This document shows positions 1 to 10,495 of a stretch of DNA of 64,000 nt, piece by piece; the stretch's first letter is position 1; the number at the start of each line of letters is the position of its first letter. Below the pieces are notes generated by a model. The model saw only the letters and a list, made by a program, of their open reading frames with translations. It did no database searches and had not been told where the DNA came from. Both the position numbers and the translations under genes were made by a program. The DNA is from a virus. The DNA lies in IMG/VR virus record IMGVR_UViG_3300047160_002053, positions 40,163-104,162 of that record; one strand, written 5' to 3'.

Positions 1-1
1 A

Positions 2-181
2 AGTCAAAGAAGCAAGAACACCCTGAACCGTACCGGACGTAAAATATCCGTATGCGACTAGGAACTTTCCTTCACGGACCCATTGGAATTGAACCGGACT
101 AGCCGTACCAAATCCAGTCAGCGTGGGCGTCCACGACTGAGGATCTTTATTTAAAACAAATACGCCGCTAGTTTTTAGCAT
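2..181 (-). CDS. tail fibre-related protein, N-terminal part (runs off window)
   Basis: Hand translation from ATG 181 with GAGG SD: MLKTSGVFVLNKDPQSWTPTLTGFGTASPVQFQWVREGK...; beta-rich motif typical of fibre distal domains. Confidence 0.55.
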   Translation of the reverse strand, partial: MLKTSGVFVLNKDPQSWTPTLTGFGTASPVQFQWVREGKFLVAYGYFTSGTVQGVLASLT

Positions 182-193
182 GAAAGACCTCTA

Positions 194-862
194 TTAGAAC
201 CAAGCAGCAGAGAGCGACAAACCCAAGTATGCTTCGATCTTGTTAACGTAGCTCAGCAAGCGTGCGCCAGTCACGTATTTCGCATCGTAAGATGCAGACG
301 GAATAGCTTTTGCGCGGCTGATCGCAACGGTTGGCGAACCAGATTGCAGGGCAGTCAAGACTGGAGTCATGGTGTCCAGAACCGATTCAGTTTTACCGTC
401 TTGGGTGATTCCCAAAGCGATATTTTCTGCGTTGAATTGAATTAACAGATTCGTGCTGAAATTTTGAATGCCTTCCACCTGAGCTTTGATTGCTGCCATC
501 TGTGCATTTGCAGTATAGGCAACGGCTTCAGCAGAATTCGATTGAATCGAATCCCACTTAGTTTGAACTTGCTGAGCAATCGAAGGATCGCCAGTAGGTT
601 CCGAAGTGGTAACGTTCACCATTTGCGTTTCAGGTTGACCTTGGCCATCCAAAACGGGATTGCCCTGATCGTCAAGAACAGGTTGAGAGACTTGCGTTGT
701 AACGTCATGCATAGGAACTGCTTCAGGGTCCGCATTGAACCATAAAGTTAGCTGAATGTCTGCACTGTTTCCTTGATAGGAAGCAGTGAGAGCTTTCGCC
801 CATGCGTCAATCGAGGGAAGATCGACGTTGAAAGTTTTCCAAGGTAATTGAATTGAATACAT
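194..862 (-). CDS. hypothetical tail-associated protein (possible fibre chaperone)
   Basis: 222-aa ORF with AGGAG SD directly downstream of fibre genes; short PVLDxxGxP repeat. Confidence 0.6.
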   Translation of the reverse strand: MYSIQLPWKTFNVDLPSIDAWAKALTASYQGNSADIQLTLWFNADPEAVPMHDVTTQVSQPVLDDQGNPVLDGQGQPETQMVNVTTSEPTGDPSIAQQVQTKWDSIQSNSAEAVAYTANAQMAAIKAQVEGIQNFSTNLLIQFNAENIALGITQDGKTESVLDTMTPVLTALQSGSPTVAISRAKAIPSASYDAKYVTGARLLSYVNKIEAYLGLSLSAAWF

Positions 863-872
863 CGTATTCTCC

Positions 873-3518
873 TTATTGTTCTTCTACAGTTAAGATACGG
901 CTTTGTGCGGCAGTGCTAACTGCCGAGCTTGCCGGACTTCTCCAGTAAACCGCAATCGTGTGCGTTCCAGGAGAAAGGTTAAAGATACCATCAAACGGTG
1001 AGTATGCCGCAGTCGTTGCCGTAACGCCTTGTGCATCGAATACCTGAACACCATCAATAAATAGAGCAGTGTTAACGCCGTTAGATCCGTTCGAGGTCAT
1101 CTGAACGTTGTACGAGATACGAACGCGGTTGCCCTTGATCTTGATTTTGACCATCATATCTGGCATCGGCACGTATGTCGCGCTAGAAGTCGAAGGCGAT
1201 ACCGATTGGCCAGTTGCCTGAGCCCACGCTTTTGGCGTAGGGGCATTAATGACTGCAGTCGTATTGCGGTTATCCGAGATGCTTTGCGAACCGACCAAAG
1301 TCGAATTCATGATGTCGTTGTTAGCGAACTTATAAGCATGGATCGGAGTAATGATATTGATATTTTGGATCTGAATACCAGGAGTACCAGACGTTTTTGC
1401 AATCGTAACCGTATGGAAACCAAGAGTCAGTCCGGTGAATTCGACGCGGCAAGGAGCGCGAGCGGTAGTCGTGGTCGAGGTATAGATACCCGAGCCCGAG
1501 TTAACCATGTTACTACGTGCGACACCAGTAGAATTCAATGCGCCGTCAACAGTGACAGAGTACGCATAGGTTCCTCCGGATTGTCCCCACATGGAAATGT
1601 TAAATCCAGTTCCGAAGAAAGTGAAATTAACGTTGTCGCCGTTTGTACCAGAGTTAGACGTGTTACCAGTCGTACTTGCATTATCTACGCCGATAATAGA
1701 CCAGCCAGCGCCAGTATATGTGAATTCACGAACTGGCGACTTAAGCAAGACACCAGTAGGCATCTGCGTGTTATCAGTAGTCGAAGTTGCAGTCGTACCG
1801 TCATAGTTTGCGAAGTTATTGAAATCCGCAAGTTCGACCGTTCCTGAAGGAAGCGTAGGCTTCTTAGGTTGATAGATGGCAAACTTAACGATACCAGGAG
1901 CATTCAGGGATGCACTTCCATTGCTGAGTTTCAATGTGTGGGTTCCGTAAGGAAGACCAGACGCCAATTTAACCCAAACAGGATTCTGAGTAGTCGTATA
2001 AGTAGTGGTTCCGATTGAGGCACCGCCATCAATCGAATAAGTCATGCTGCGCGTGAAGCCTGTTGCGGTTTGTTGCAACATAACGTCGATACCAGTTCCG
2101 ATGAAAACCAAAAGCGTGAAGTTGGCGGTTCCAGAAAGAACCGACAATGCTTCACCGATGTTCGGATCAATGATACCGTTTAGAGAAGAAAGAGTAGTCA
2201 GGTTATCAGAAAGCGTGAATGCTTTGTTCGCAGCAGAAGATCCGAGCGACATAAAATCATCAGAACGCGAGCTTCCGAATTCACGGAAATGAACGATCTG
2301 TGCGATCTCTTCATTCTGGTGATTCGTATTCGTGAAGGTCAGCGAAGTAGCATCGACCGCCTGGAAAGCCGTACCGATAGTTCCGTCGCCATTTTGGTAA
2401 ACGAGAGTACGTCCACCTTTAGTTCCGGTGATACCAGCATTGTAAGCAAAAGTCACTGCCGAAGCGGTAGTGTATTTTTTACCCTGAATATATGCAATAC
2501 CAGGATTTACTTGAACGTTTGCAGCGGTAGTATTGACTGTGATAACTTCAATGCTTTGTACGCGAGCAGCAGCAGTAGCCGAGTTAGCACGGATCTTAAC
2601 GGTGTGAACGCCAAGAGTCAAGCCAGAAGCAACGTTGATACCTTGGAAGGTATCGTAGTTACGATTCGTCAAAGCACTGCTGTAAGTGGTTCCAGTCCAG
2701 ATATTCGATCCTTCTGCGCCGCCGTCAACAGATACGCGGAAATCGTTAGCGACCGAGTACGTTTGGAAACCAATGTTTAAGCCGGTTCCATAGAAAGTAA
2801 CTTCCATGAAATCGTTTAGAACGGCGAAAGAAACACCTGCACCAGAAGCGTCGCCGCTTGAAAGGATCGCTCCACCGAAGCGGATCTGTCCGAAAATATC
2901 TCCGATAACGCCATAAATCGGCTCTAGGTTAGGACCAAATTCACCTTGAATTTGGTACGCACCAGGGACCGGCATACGATCAAAACCAATCTGCGCTTTC
3001 AAGTTCGACGAAAGATCGGTGATGGATGCACGGTTCGTGATCGAAGAATAGAAAGTACCTGCGGCTGGAGTTCCAGTCGTAGAGGTAGCCGACATCAAAG
3101 AAGTCTGGTTAATGACTGCCTGGAATGAATTTCCTTGTGCTTCGTACAATTGGACAAAGCGATTGTCCATTGCGAATTCGGCTTCTTTTTTGAGGCCTAG
3201 AAGGAATGCTTGAATGTTCAGGTTGATATTAATCGGGCTGTTAAGCGTGATCTGACTAGAATAGCCGTTAGATCCAATGGCCGTGAACGTATAGTCGTTC
3301 GTGGAGCCCAGGCGCAATTTTTTACCGTCAACGAATAGCCAGAATTGATCTGGTTGATTCACTGTGTCAACGCTAAAAGAAAGGTTGATGACGGTCTGGC
3401 TCGCAGTCGAAACTGCGTAATAGCTAGACATTACAGGCTGTTGCGGCGCAAACGGCAGATCCTGATTGGTCTGCTTTTTGACGTTCGCTTTTGAATTTAA
3501 ACTCTGAGTAACAGGCAT
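873..3518 (-). CDS. tail fibre / receptor-binding protein, paralogue B
   Basis: 881 aa, Thr/Ser/Gly rich; three copies of an FxGTG...VxVDG...GLxxGxHT(V/L) beta-sandwich module; collinear with C-terminal two-thirds of 3552..7412. Confidence 0.7.
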   Translation of the reverse strand: MPVTQSLNSKANVKKQTNQDLPFAPQQPVMSSYYAVSTASQTVINLSFSVDTVNQPDQFWLFVDGKKLRLGSTNDYTFTAIGSNGYSSQITLNSPININLNIQAFLLGLKKEAEFAMDNRFVQLYEAQGNSFQAVINQTSLMSATSTTGTPAAGTFYSSITNRASITDLSSNLKAQIGFDRMPVPGAYQIQGEFGPNLEPIYGVIGDIFGQIRFGGAILSSGDASGAGVSFAVLNDFMEVTFYGTGLNIGFQTYSVANDFRVSVDGGAEGSNIWTGTTYSSALTNRNYDTFQGINVASGLTLGVHTVKIRANSATAAARVQSIEVITVNTTAANVQVNPGIAYIQGKKYTTASAVTFAYNAGITGTKGGRTLVYQNGDGTIGTAFQAVDATSLTFTNTNHQNEEIAQIVHFREFGSSRSDDFMSLGSSAANKAFTLSDNLTTLSSLNGIIDPNIGEALSVLSGTANFTLLVFIGTGIDVMLQQTATGFTRSMTYSIDGGASIGTTTYTTTQNPVWVKLASGLPYGTHTLKLSNGSASLNAPGIVKFAIYQPKKPTLPSGTVELADFNNFANYDGTTATSTTDNTQMPTGVLLKSPVREFTYTGAGWSIIGVDNASTTGNTSNSGTNGDNVNFTFFGTGFNISMWGQSGGTYAYSVTVDGALNSTGVARSNMVNSGSGIYTSTTTTARAPCRVEFTGLTLGFHTVTIAKTSGTPGIQIQNINIITPIHAYKFANNDIMNSTLVGSQSISDNRNTTAVINAPTPKAWAQATGQSVSPSTSSATYVPMPDMMVKIKIKGNRVRISYNVQMTSNGSNGVNTALFIDGVQVFDAQGVTATTAAYSPFDGIFNLSPGTHTIAVYWRSPASSAVSTAAQSRILTVEEQ

Positions 3519-3540
3519 CTTAACCCTCTTGTATCATATC

Positions 3541-3547
3541 TAAGATT
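3541..3547 (-). promoter_or_regulatory. AATCTTA putative late promoter motif
   Basis: Intergenic, about 22 nt upstream of ATG 3518; same heptamer precedes other structural operons. Confidence 0.65.
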
Positions 3548-3551
3548 GCGA

Positions 3552-6500
3552 TTAGGCTTCTTCCACCAGCAACGAGCGGCCAGTGCCGTTAGCCGTAAGT
3601 GTTCCCGATGCAGTTGTCCAGAAGATATCGTATTTATGGATACCAGGAGAAACGTATGCGTAATAGACCAAAGTGGTCGTCTCGCTAGATCCTCCAGTAA
3701 TCTGGTTATAAATAGGCGATCCATCGACATAGAAGCCAAATGCAGGTGCAGCGTTAGTGGTTGCCCAGTTAACGTACATAGTAATTTTAACACGTCCGCT
3801 CTTATTGGTATGAGTCACAGACAGATCTGGGACTGGAACCATCAGAGATGAACTGGTCGTTGGGCTTGAGTTCGTACCGAAAGCCTGTGCAACGTTTTTG
3901 GTCTGCAAGTTGCTATCTTTGATCGGAGTCGTTTTTCTCAAATCTGCCAAAGGCGCAGATCCAATAGGAAGTGAGTTCTGACCACTGTATAGCGAATTAT
4001 TGCGAACGTTATGGATAGGCGTAACGATATCGACACCTTCGTAGCCAAACGAAGTGGCTGCATTCTGAGTTAACACAACAAGGTGCAAACCAAGAGCAAG
4101 TCCAGAAACGCGCAGACCGTTACCGAAAGATCCGGTTCCGTTCGAGGTAGCGACACCAGTCGTTCCGACAAATGAAGTCCAGTTTCCGTAGAAGCTAGTC
4201 GTGGCTCCCAAAGTACCAGTCAAGTTAGCGACACCATCAACAGTCACGTTGAAAGTATTGGACGCGACCGGCGTAGACATACGAAGATCGAATCCAGTTC
4301 CGTAGAAGTAGAAACGAACAGTATTCGCAGCAGCTGCACCTATGAAACGAATGCCCTCGATAGAACCTGCGGTTCCACCTTGAGAAGAAGGAGCTTCCGT
4401 ATTCCATGTTCCAGTATAGATGTGCTCACGAACTGCTCCGCGACGAAGCATACCAGTTCCGATAAATTCGGCACCAGGAGTCGCGTTAGCAACGAAAGTT
4501 GCCATCACATTGTATTCGGCAAGTTCAATTGCGCCAGTAGGAAGCGTAGGCTTCTTAGGTTGGTAAGCAGTGAAGTATTTGAACACGCGGCTGTTAGAAG
4601 CAGAAGTAGAACGAAGTAATTTAACAGTGTGGGTTCCGTAAGGAAGACCAGACACAAGTTTTTGAGTTCTAACGCGGTTAACAACCGATAAACTATCCAA
4701 ACTTCCAATGGTAGTTCCGTCAACGATAACTGAACAAACATCGGCAGTAGAAGTATTGTCTTCATAAATGGTCAGATCGCAACCTGTTCCAACGAACGTG
4801 AACGTGATAAAGTTACCAGTTCCGACAGGGAATGCTCCATCGGCTTGGTTTGTTCCCGAGTTGTTCGAGATGTTACGACCGACCATAGCGGTGATACCAT
4901 CTTCTAGAGTGAAAGCACGGTCAACGCTTGCTCCTGGAGCAGAGAAATCATCCGAACGGTTCGCGCCGAATTCACGGAAGTAGTAATTATGGTATGCTTC
5001 TTCGTTACTGTGATCTGCTGCAGTCATGTTCAGCTGAGATCCAACAGGATTCAAAGCCTTCCCGATAGTTCCATCAGATTTCTGATAAATCAATACGCGA
5101 CCGCCACGGCTACCAAGGGTTCCCGTGTCGAAAGAAGATGCATATGCAGAAGAAACTTGCGATGCCAGAGACAGTTTTTGGCCCGAAACGTAAGAAACGC
5201 CAGGGTTAACCGCAATAGCGGTAGTTTCTGTTAGGACGTTAAATCCGTAAACAGTGATACCCGAAGTGCTGTTGTTACGGAGTTTAACCGTGTGAACACC
5301 AAGGGTCAAACCAGACACCAAGTTCAATTGTTGATACGTGTTGTATCCACGAGCAGCTGCGACAGCTGAATAGTTCCCGTAGATATTTGCACCTTCAGTT
5401 CCACCGTCAACCGTAACGCGAATGTCACGACCAGTAGTTCCTGCGAACGTAAACATGTTCAGGCCAGTTCCGTAGAACACTACTTCAACGTAATCGTTAG
5501 CAACATTCGTGAAAGGTCCGTTACCGTTAGTATCTACGACGTTTGCCCAGTTTCCACCGACAAAACGAACTTGACCAAACAAATCGCCGACAGATCCCCA
5601 GACTTGTTCGCCAGAAGAGCCGAATTCGTTGTTGATACCGTAGATCACTTGGGTAAGAATACGATCTTCACCCATACGCGCTTTCAAGTCCTGAGACAGA
5701 TCAGGAATTGCGGCGCGATTAGAAACTTGCGAATAATAAGCGCCAGCAGCAGGAACGCCAGTCGTGGTCGTAGGATTTAAAACAGAGTTCTGAGAAATAA
5801 ACGATTGGAAACCGTTAGTCATGATCTCTTGTTGCGAAGAGATATTGGTCGTATTGATGGTCGAGTTGTCAACGATTTGAGTACGTTGGAACACTTCAAC
5901 CGACAAGTTATACTTGCTGTAGTCACGATCCAAAAGAATCGACGTAGAGGAAAGTTCAGTGAAAGATGCATCCGGAGTCAAAGTCGAGTTGACAAATCGC
6001 GGGATCTTCTGACCGTTAACCCAAACTTCGATAGCCGAAGCGGTTGTACCAGCATAGACACCAACGGCGTACTGCCAAGTCAGTTGCAGAGAAGTCTTGC
6101 CGCCAGACGATCCAACCGTACAGTTGATCGGCGTACCAACGCTGTTTGTGAATGCATAGGCAGAGTTAGCGATACCGCCAGACGTTCCAGAAGTAGTCTT
6201 CTGCATGAACGCTTTGTACATGATAAGATTCGAGATACCCGAACCAGACGTTTGGTTTGCGAAGAAACGCAAGTACAGTGAAGTACCAGCAGACAAAAGA
6301 GAAGTCGAGTTCTCAGTGTCGGTTTCGTTCGTGTTGCGAACACCAACGGTCGTAAAGTTCGTATTGTCATTCGACGCAACAAAACCAATAACAGGGGTCG
6401 TATTCGGAGTAAAGATATTCGAGTTTGCAGTCGAGTTATCTTTATAGTCAACCAAGACATCGGAGAACGTCGAAGCGCCGAAAGCGGCAGAAATTGCTGC

Positions 6501-7412
6501 TCCATCCACTGCGAAGTTGTAGATATCTTTGGTGTAAACGGCTTGCGAAATGTTTGCAGATGCCGAAACCAAATTGGTCGGGAAAGCTGCTTCAAGCGTA
6601 TAAGACGTTTGCGAAGAGATCGAAGCGATCTTGCGAACGACTCCACCCGAAACGATCACGTCACCAGCTGCGACCGTGAATGCAGGAGCGGCAGATGCCG
6701 TTGCAGCAGTTCCGGTAGTCGAAACGGTTTTCGATGCGTCATACGACATCGTGTACATGGCTTTGGCAGCGTTGAACACTGCGTTAGTGCCAGACGAGTT
6801 GATCGAGCTATTTGCGTTCGTAGAGCTTTCAGTGAAAAGATCAGTGAAAGATGCGCGGTAAAGAAGAGAATCTAGATCGTCACCGACTCCAGAGCCAGAT
6901 CCACCAGAACCTGCGGAACCGAGTCGAGCCGATTGGCCAGCATTAAATGCTGCACCGTTACGGAAATAAAGACGTTGAGTACCGTCACCAGCGTCAACGC
7001 GCTTTGCGATCAAGAACACTTCTTGATTCGCTGCGCTAACTGCCGGAAGTGCGTTACCTGCGGTGATAATCGAAACCGTCGCAGTTCCTGCGGTACGGTC
7101 GATCACGGCGATCATCATGTCGCCAGAGCTTACGAAGTTTTGCGAAGTCGATCCCAAAGAAATAACTTGGGGCACTGCGCCAGAAACCTTCTGGTTCAGA
7201 GTCAGTTTAAGAGCTTCAGAGAATTGAACCTGAGTTCCAGTGAACGTGATGGTTCCACCGTCCGTCAGGAGGGCGTTACGGTCTTCAAATAGCTTAGCGA
7301 TCTCGCCATCAATACGAGGAAGCAACACGCTCAACTGTTCGTTGGCATTGTTCCCGATCATTGCGAGGGCTGATCTATTAACTACCTGTCTTGAATCTAA
7401 TTGTGTAGGCAT
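3552..7412 (-). CDS. tail fibre / receptor-binding protein, paralogue A
   Basis: 1286 aa; same three repeated modules as 873..3518 plus an extra N-terminal region. Confidence 0.7.
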   Translation of the reverse strand: MPTQLDSRQVVNRSALAMIGNNANEQLSVLLPRIDGEIAKLFEDRNALLTDGGTITFTGTQVQFSEALKLTLNQKVSGAVPQVISLGSTSQNFVSSGDMMIAVIDRTAGTATVSIITAGNALPAVSAANQEVFLIAKRVDAGDGTQRLYFRNGAAFNAGQSARLGSAGSGGSGSGVGDDLDSLLYRASFTDLFTESSTNANSSINSSGTNAVFNAAKAMYTMSYDASKTVSTTGTAATASAAPAFTVAAGDVIVSGGVVRKIASISSQTSYTLEAAFPTNLVSASANISQAVYTKDIYNFAVDGAAISAAFGASTFSDVLVDYKDNSTANSNIFTPNTTPVIGFVASNDNTNFTTVGVRNTNETDTENSTSLLSAGTSLYLRFFANQTSGSGISNLIMYKAFMQKTTSGTSGGIANSAYAFTNSVGTPINCTVGSSGGKTSLQLTWQYAVGVYAGTTASAIEVWVNGQKIPRFVNSTLTPDASFTELSSTSILLDRDYSKYNLSVEVFQRTQIVDNSTINTTNISSQQEIMTNGFQSFISQNSVLNPTTTTGVPAAGAYYSQVSNRAAIPDLSQDLKARMGEDRILTQVIYGINNEFGSSGEQVWGSVGDLFGQVRFVGGNWANVVDTNGNGPFTNVANDYVEVVFYGTGLNMFTFAGTTGRDIRVTVDGGTEGANIYGNYSAVAAARGYNTYQQLNLVSGLTLGVHTVKLRNNSTSGITVYGFNVLTETTAIAVNPGVSYVSGQKLSLASQVSSAYASSFDTGTLGSRGGRVLIYQKSDGTIGKALNPVGSQLNMTAADHSNEEAYHNYYFREFGANRSDDFSAPGASVDRAFTLEDGITAMVGRNISNNSGTNQADGAFPVGTGNFITFTFVGTGCDLTIYEDNTSTADVCSVIVDGTTIGSLDSLSVVNRVRTQKLVSGLPYGTHTVKLLRSTSASNSRVFKYFTAYQPKKPTLPTGAIELAEYNVMATFVANATPGAEFIGTGMLRRGAVREHIYTGTWNTEAPSSQGGTAGSIEGIRFIGAAAANTVRFYFYGTGFDLRMSTPVASNTFNVTVDGVANLTGTLGATTSFYGNWTSFVGTTGVATSNGTGSFGNGLRVSGLALGLHLVVLTQNAATSFGYEGVDIVTPIHNVRNNSLYSGQNSLPIGSAPLADLRKTTPIKDSNLQTKNVAQAFGTNSSPTTSSSLMVPVPDLSVTHTNKSGRVKITMYVNWATTNAAPAFGFYVDGSPIYNQITGGSSETTTLVYYAYVSPGIHKYDIFWTTASGTLTANGTGRSLLVEEA

Positions 7413-7433
7413 CTTAATCCTCTATATATCACA

Positions 7434-7763
7434 TTACGGAGCGCGGTCGATGCGGAAATCTACGCGATCTCCAACAACCAAGTCTACGGTAAACATTAAC
7501 TGGGTTCTGGGTGCGCTTCCGACATAAGTGTAGTCAAAAAGCGGCTCCATGCGATCTCCATTTAAGTAAACCTGAAGTTCTGCAGCGGTATAGGTCTGAG
7601 ATCCAGGAATAGTAACAGCCGTACCAGCGGTCACGGGACCGTTGATTTGGTTTGCGCCCGCACCGGACGCAACAACCGTTAAACTCTGGTCGTAGATGGT
7701 GATCGTCGAACTTTCTTGGAAAGAACGAGAAACTCCACCTGACAATCTCAGGAAACTACCCAT
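7434..7763 (-). CDS. small virion structural protein
   Basis: 109 aa; LQVYLNG...DY...GDRVDFRI module also found near the C-terminus of 10495..13194. Confidence 0.65.
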   Translation of the reverse strand: MGSFLRLSGGVSRSFQESSTITIYDQSLTVVASGAGANQINGPVTAGTAVTIPGSQTYTAAELQVYLNGDRMEPLFDYTYVGSAPRTQLMFTVDLVVGDRVDFRIDRAP

Positions 7764-9751
7764 TAAGCAATTCCTCTAAATTGGGGTCCAGTGAACAAGA
7801 AGGCTCCTAATCCTGTAACGACACCGACAGCAATCTGTGCTTCGTTCGTCGTATTGGCCAAAGAAGCACCCAAAACTTGAGCGCCTGCAGAGCCGAGGAA
7901 AACTTCGCGTCCGATGTTCGAGTTACCGAACGATCCAGGAGCAGAAGTGCCAACCAAATTCACGGTAACGCTACCGCCTGCAGAAACTGCAGAGCTAGAG
8001 TTAACCCAACCAATAACAACCCATTTGTTGTCCGAAGAAGCGTCTTTGTCGGCTTTGTAAACGCGGCCAACAGTCTCGCCAAGATCGAACATCGCCATGC
8101 GAACCAAGAACGTAGTGTTCGCGGCCATAGCTTCACCGGCAACGAAGGATTGCTTCAGAGACGGTGCGTATTGAACTGCAGCTGCCGAGCCAGATCCACC
8201 AGTGATCGTTGCTTGGTCGTATGCAGTTGATTTAACGCGAATTGCGTTCGAGGAAATCTCCAAAGAGGTTCCATCGACGTTCGCTTTGACTTTCGTTCCA
8301 GAGCCGCCAGTGATAGCGCCTGCAGCGTCGTAAGTCGTAGAGACAATTTTATTCTCGTCAACCGAGTTCGCAGCGAGTTTTGCAAGGGTGATTCCCAAGT
8401 CTTTAACGCGCAACGCATTCGCGTTGATTTCAATGGTTGAAGCGTCAACATTGACAGCAAGACCAGAGGCACCCTGACCGATTGCTCCGCCAGCGGCGAG
8501 CTTAACAGCCAATTCGTTCAAACCAGTGATCTGCAACGAAGGGTTCGACGCTTCCAGGTTGATAGTCAACTGACCAGCAACGTTACCAGGATTTGTGGAC
8601 TTTAACCCACTGCTGGTAGCCAAGTCAACTGAAAAAGTGGACCCGCTGAAAGTAATCATGTCACCGCCGATCAAACCGGCGATAGGATTATAAAATGCGA
8701 AGTTAATCGGATCAGTTCCGACAGTAGTCACGGTTCCGTATTCAACGAAAACTTGACCTGCTTGCGAACCTTGTTGAACCGTAACCCACGCGCCGTTGAA
8801 TTCATCAATCGGAGTGAGAGAGTCCATGTCCGCAGAACGTGCCCACGCGCCCGAGGCAACAACGTAGATACCGTTGTCTGGAGCATTGGTTTGGTTCTTA
8901 ACGAGAACGCGATCACCGGCCACAAGAGCAACAGTGTCAACGGTCTGCGTACCGCTCAACGTCAAGTTTGCGGTCGAAGCTGCCTTGACAGGAGCTTTCG
9001 GTGTCAAACCATTCAGGCGAGCGTTCATGTACGCAAGAGTAACTGCGTCTTGCGATGCAGAAGGATCTGCTAAGTTAGTAGCTCGGAATCCACCGAACGA
9101 CTGGGCAGCTGCGAAAGCATTAACACCAGAAGTCAGGATTGCTTGTTCGTAACGAACTGCGTCGCCAGCAACAGCTGCAGCGGCCAAGTTCGTAAGTTTG
9201 AATCCACCCATCGACTGAGCAGCTGCGAATGCACGCGAACCATCTTGTTGGATCGAAGTATTGACCTGGCCAAGATTCACGTCTGCGTCTGGCATCGTGA
9301 TTGTACGAGTCGTGCTTGCGGTAATACCGGAAGCATCGAAAGCGATTTGCTTCGTGTTATCTAGTGTATTTTTGATGCGGAACGTGCCATCAAAAGCCGA
9401 AGAAGCAGTCGAGGAACCGAGAGCACTATCAATACCGGCAAGAGCGCCTTTAAGCGTCAAGTCACCATTGGTAAAGTTCGTGTACGAGTTGTTATCACCG
9501 ATCAGAGTCGAACCAGCCGTTCCGCCAGTGCTAGATCCAAGCTGCGTTTTGGTGAAATAGATGGTATTGTGAGTATGATACGTTGCGTCAACATCAGAAC
9601 CGTTTTGCAGAGACAGTAAACGACCGAGGATCGTGTCTGTCAGCGTATTAGTTCCGGTGCTAAGTGCGCCGACAACGAGGGTATTTACAGAGAGATCAAC
9701 TTGTCTCTGAATACCGCCAATTAACTGGGAGAGTTTTGAGATATTTGCCAT
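7763..9751 (-). CDS. tail fibre protein
   Basis: 662 aa; common phage fibre motif LSGTQTVD...GDRVLVKNQT...NGIYVV...W.R..D and TNLA.P...DAV repeats. Confidence 0.75.
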   Translation of the reverse strand: MANISKLSQLIGGIQRQVDLSVNTLVVGALSTGTNTLTDTILGRLLSLQNGSDVDATYHTHNTIYFTKTQLGSSTGGTAGSTLIGDNNSYTNFTNGDLTLKGALAGIDSALGSSTASSAFDGTFRIKNTLDNTKQIAFDASGITASTTRTITMPDADVNLGQVNTSIQQDGSRAFAAAQSMGGFKLTNLAAAAVAGDAVRYEQAILTSGVNAFAAAQSFGGFRATNLADPSASQDAVTLAYMNARLNGLTPKAPVKAASTANLTLSGTQTVDTVALVAGDRVLVKNQTNAPDNGIYVVASGAWARSADMDSLTPIDEFNGAWVTVQQGSQAGQVFVEYGTVTTVGTDPINFAFYNPIAGLIGGDMITFSGSTFSVDLATSSGLKSTNPGNVAGQLTINLEASNPSLQITGLNELAVKLAAGGAIGQGASGLAVNVDASTIEINANALRVKDLGITLAKLAANSVDENKIVSTTYDAAGAITGGSGTKVKANVDGTSLEISSNAIRVKSTAYDQATITGGSGSAAAVQYAPSLKQSFVAGEAMAANTTFLVRMAMFDLGETVGRVYKADKDASSDNKWVVIGWVNSSSAVSAGGSVTVNLVGTSAPGSFGNSNIGREVFLGSAGAQVLGASLANTTNEAQIAVGVVTGLGAFLFTGPQFRGIA

Positions 9752-9774
9752 TTTAAATCCTTAATCGAACGATC

Positions 9775-10035
9775 CTATTTAAGATTAGCCTGCTTAGGCT
9801 TCCTGCCTTTTTTGGCAGGTATTTTCGCGGCCTTAGCCGGTTTTTGTTCTAAACCATCAATTTGAAAGGCGATTTTTGCGCTCATCCCGTATATATTCAG
9901 GAAGGCATTCATTTTATTCGCCGCTTCATCGCAAATGTCCTTGCAACGATCCCCAAGCTGCTGGGACAGGTTTTTAACCTCTGCCATTGGCATCTTAGAA
10001 ATGTCAACTTTGCGCTCTCTGTCTTTCAAATCCAT
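9775..10035 (-). CDS. hypothetical protein with basic C-terminus
   Basis: Start moved to ATG 10035 (GGGAG SD). Confidence 0.65.
   Translation of the reverse strand: MDLKDRERKVDISKMPMAEVKNLSQQLGDRCKDICDEAANKMNAFLNIYGMSAKIAFQIDGLEQKPAKAAKIPAKKGRKPKQANLK
9780..9786 (-). promoter_or_regulatory. AATCTTA putative late promoter motif
   Basis: About 28 nt upstream of ATG 9751. Confidence 0.6.
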
Positions 10036-10045
10036 AAGCTCTCCC

Positions 10046-10495
10046 TTACAGTCTTCCGACCAATTCAATAGCTAATTTAATGTCGCGCAGCGTTGAAGTG
10101 AATTCGTTACGGACGAAAACGCCCACGAAAACCACAAAATCGCCATCAACGAATCCGCCTACGCCAATTTCTGGCTTAGCATTCGTCAAATTTCCGTCCT
10201 TTCCAATCCAAAGAGGATCTCCGAGATTGAAAGAAGGAAAAGTCACATCTTCCAAACGACCAGTATCTTGCACGCCGCCTGTAGCAGATGCAGGAATGAT
10301 TACGTTGGTAAGACCAACAAACGCGAGAACGTTCGCTTCATTGGAAACGTCAACCGTTACCAGTTGACTATTCGTGTTAATAGCCGCAGGCGTACCTTTG
10401 ACCATAGAAGAGCCGGAAGCATTTGTAAAATTGCTTGCGACTCCCTTGACCGAGCCCTTCGCCTGAGCATTCAAAAAGTAGGGCGAGTAACTCAT
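10046..10495 (-). CDS. virion structural protein (decoration-like beta fold)
   Basis: Start at ATG 10495 coupled (TAATG) to the upstream stop; resembles C-terminal domain of 7763..9751. Confidence 0.6.
   Translation of the reverse strand: MSYSPYFLNAQAKGSVKGVASNFTNASGSSMVKGTPAAINTNSQLVTVDVSNEANVLAFVGLTNVIIPASATGGVQDTGRLEDVTFPSFNLGDPLWIGKDGNLTNAKPEIGVGGFVDGDFVVFVGVFVRNEFTSTLRDIKLAIELVGRL

Noticed and set aside
873-7412. Diversity-generating retroelement acting on the fibre paralogues
   Set aside because: No reverse transcriptase in the window, and differences are not adenine-specific in a template/variable repeat pair
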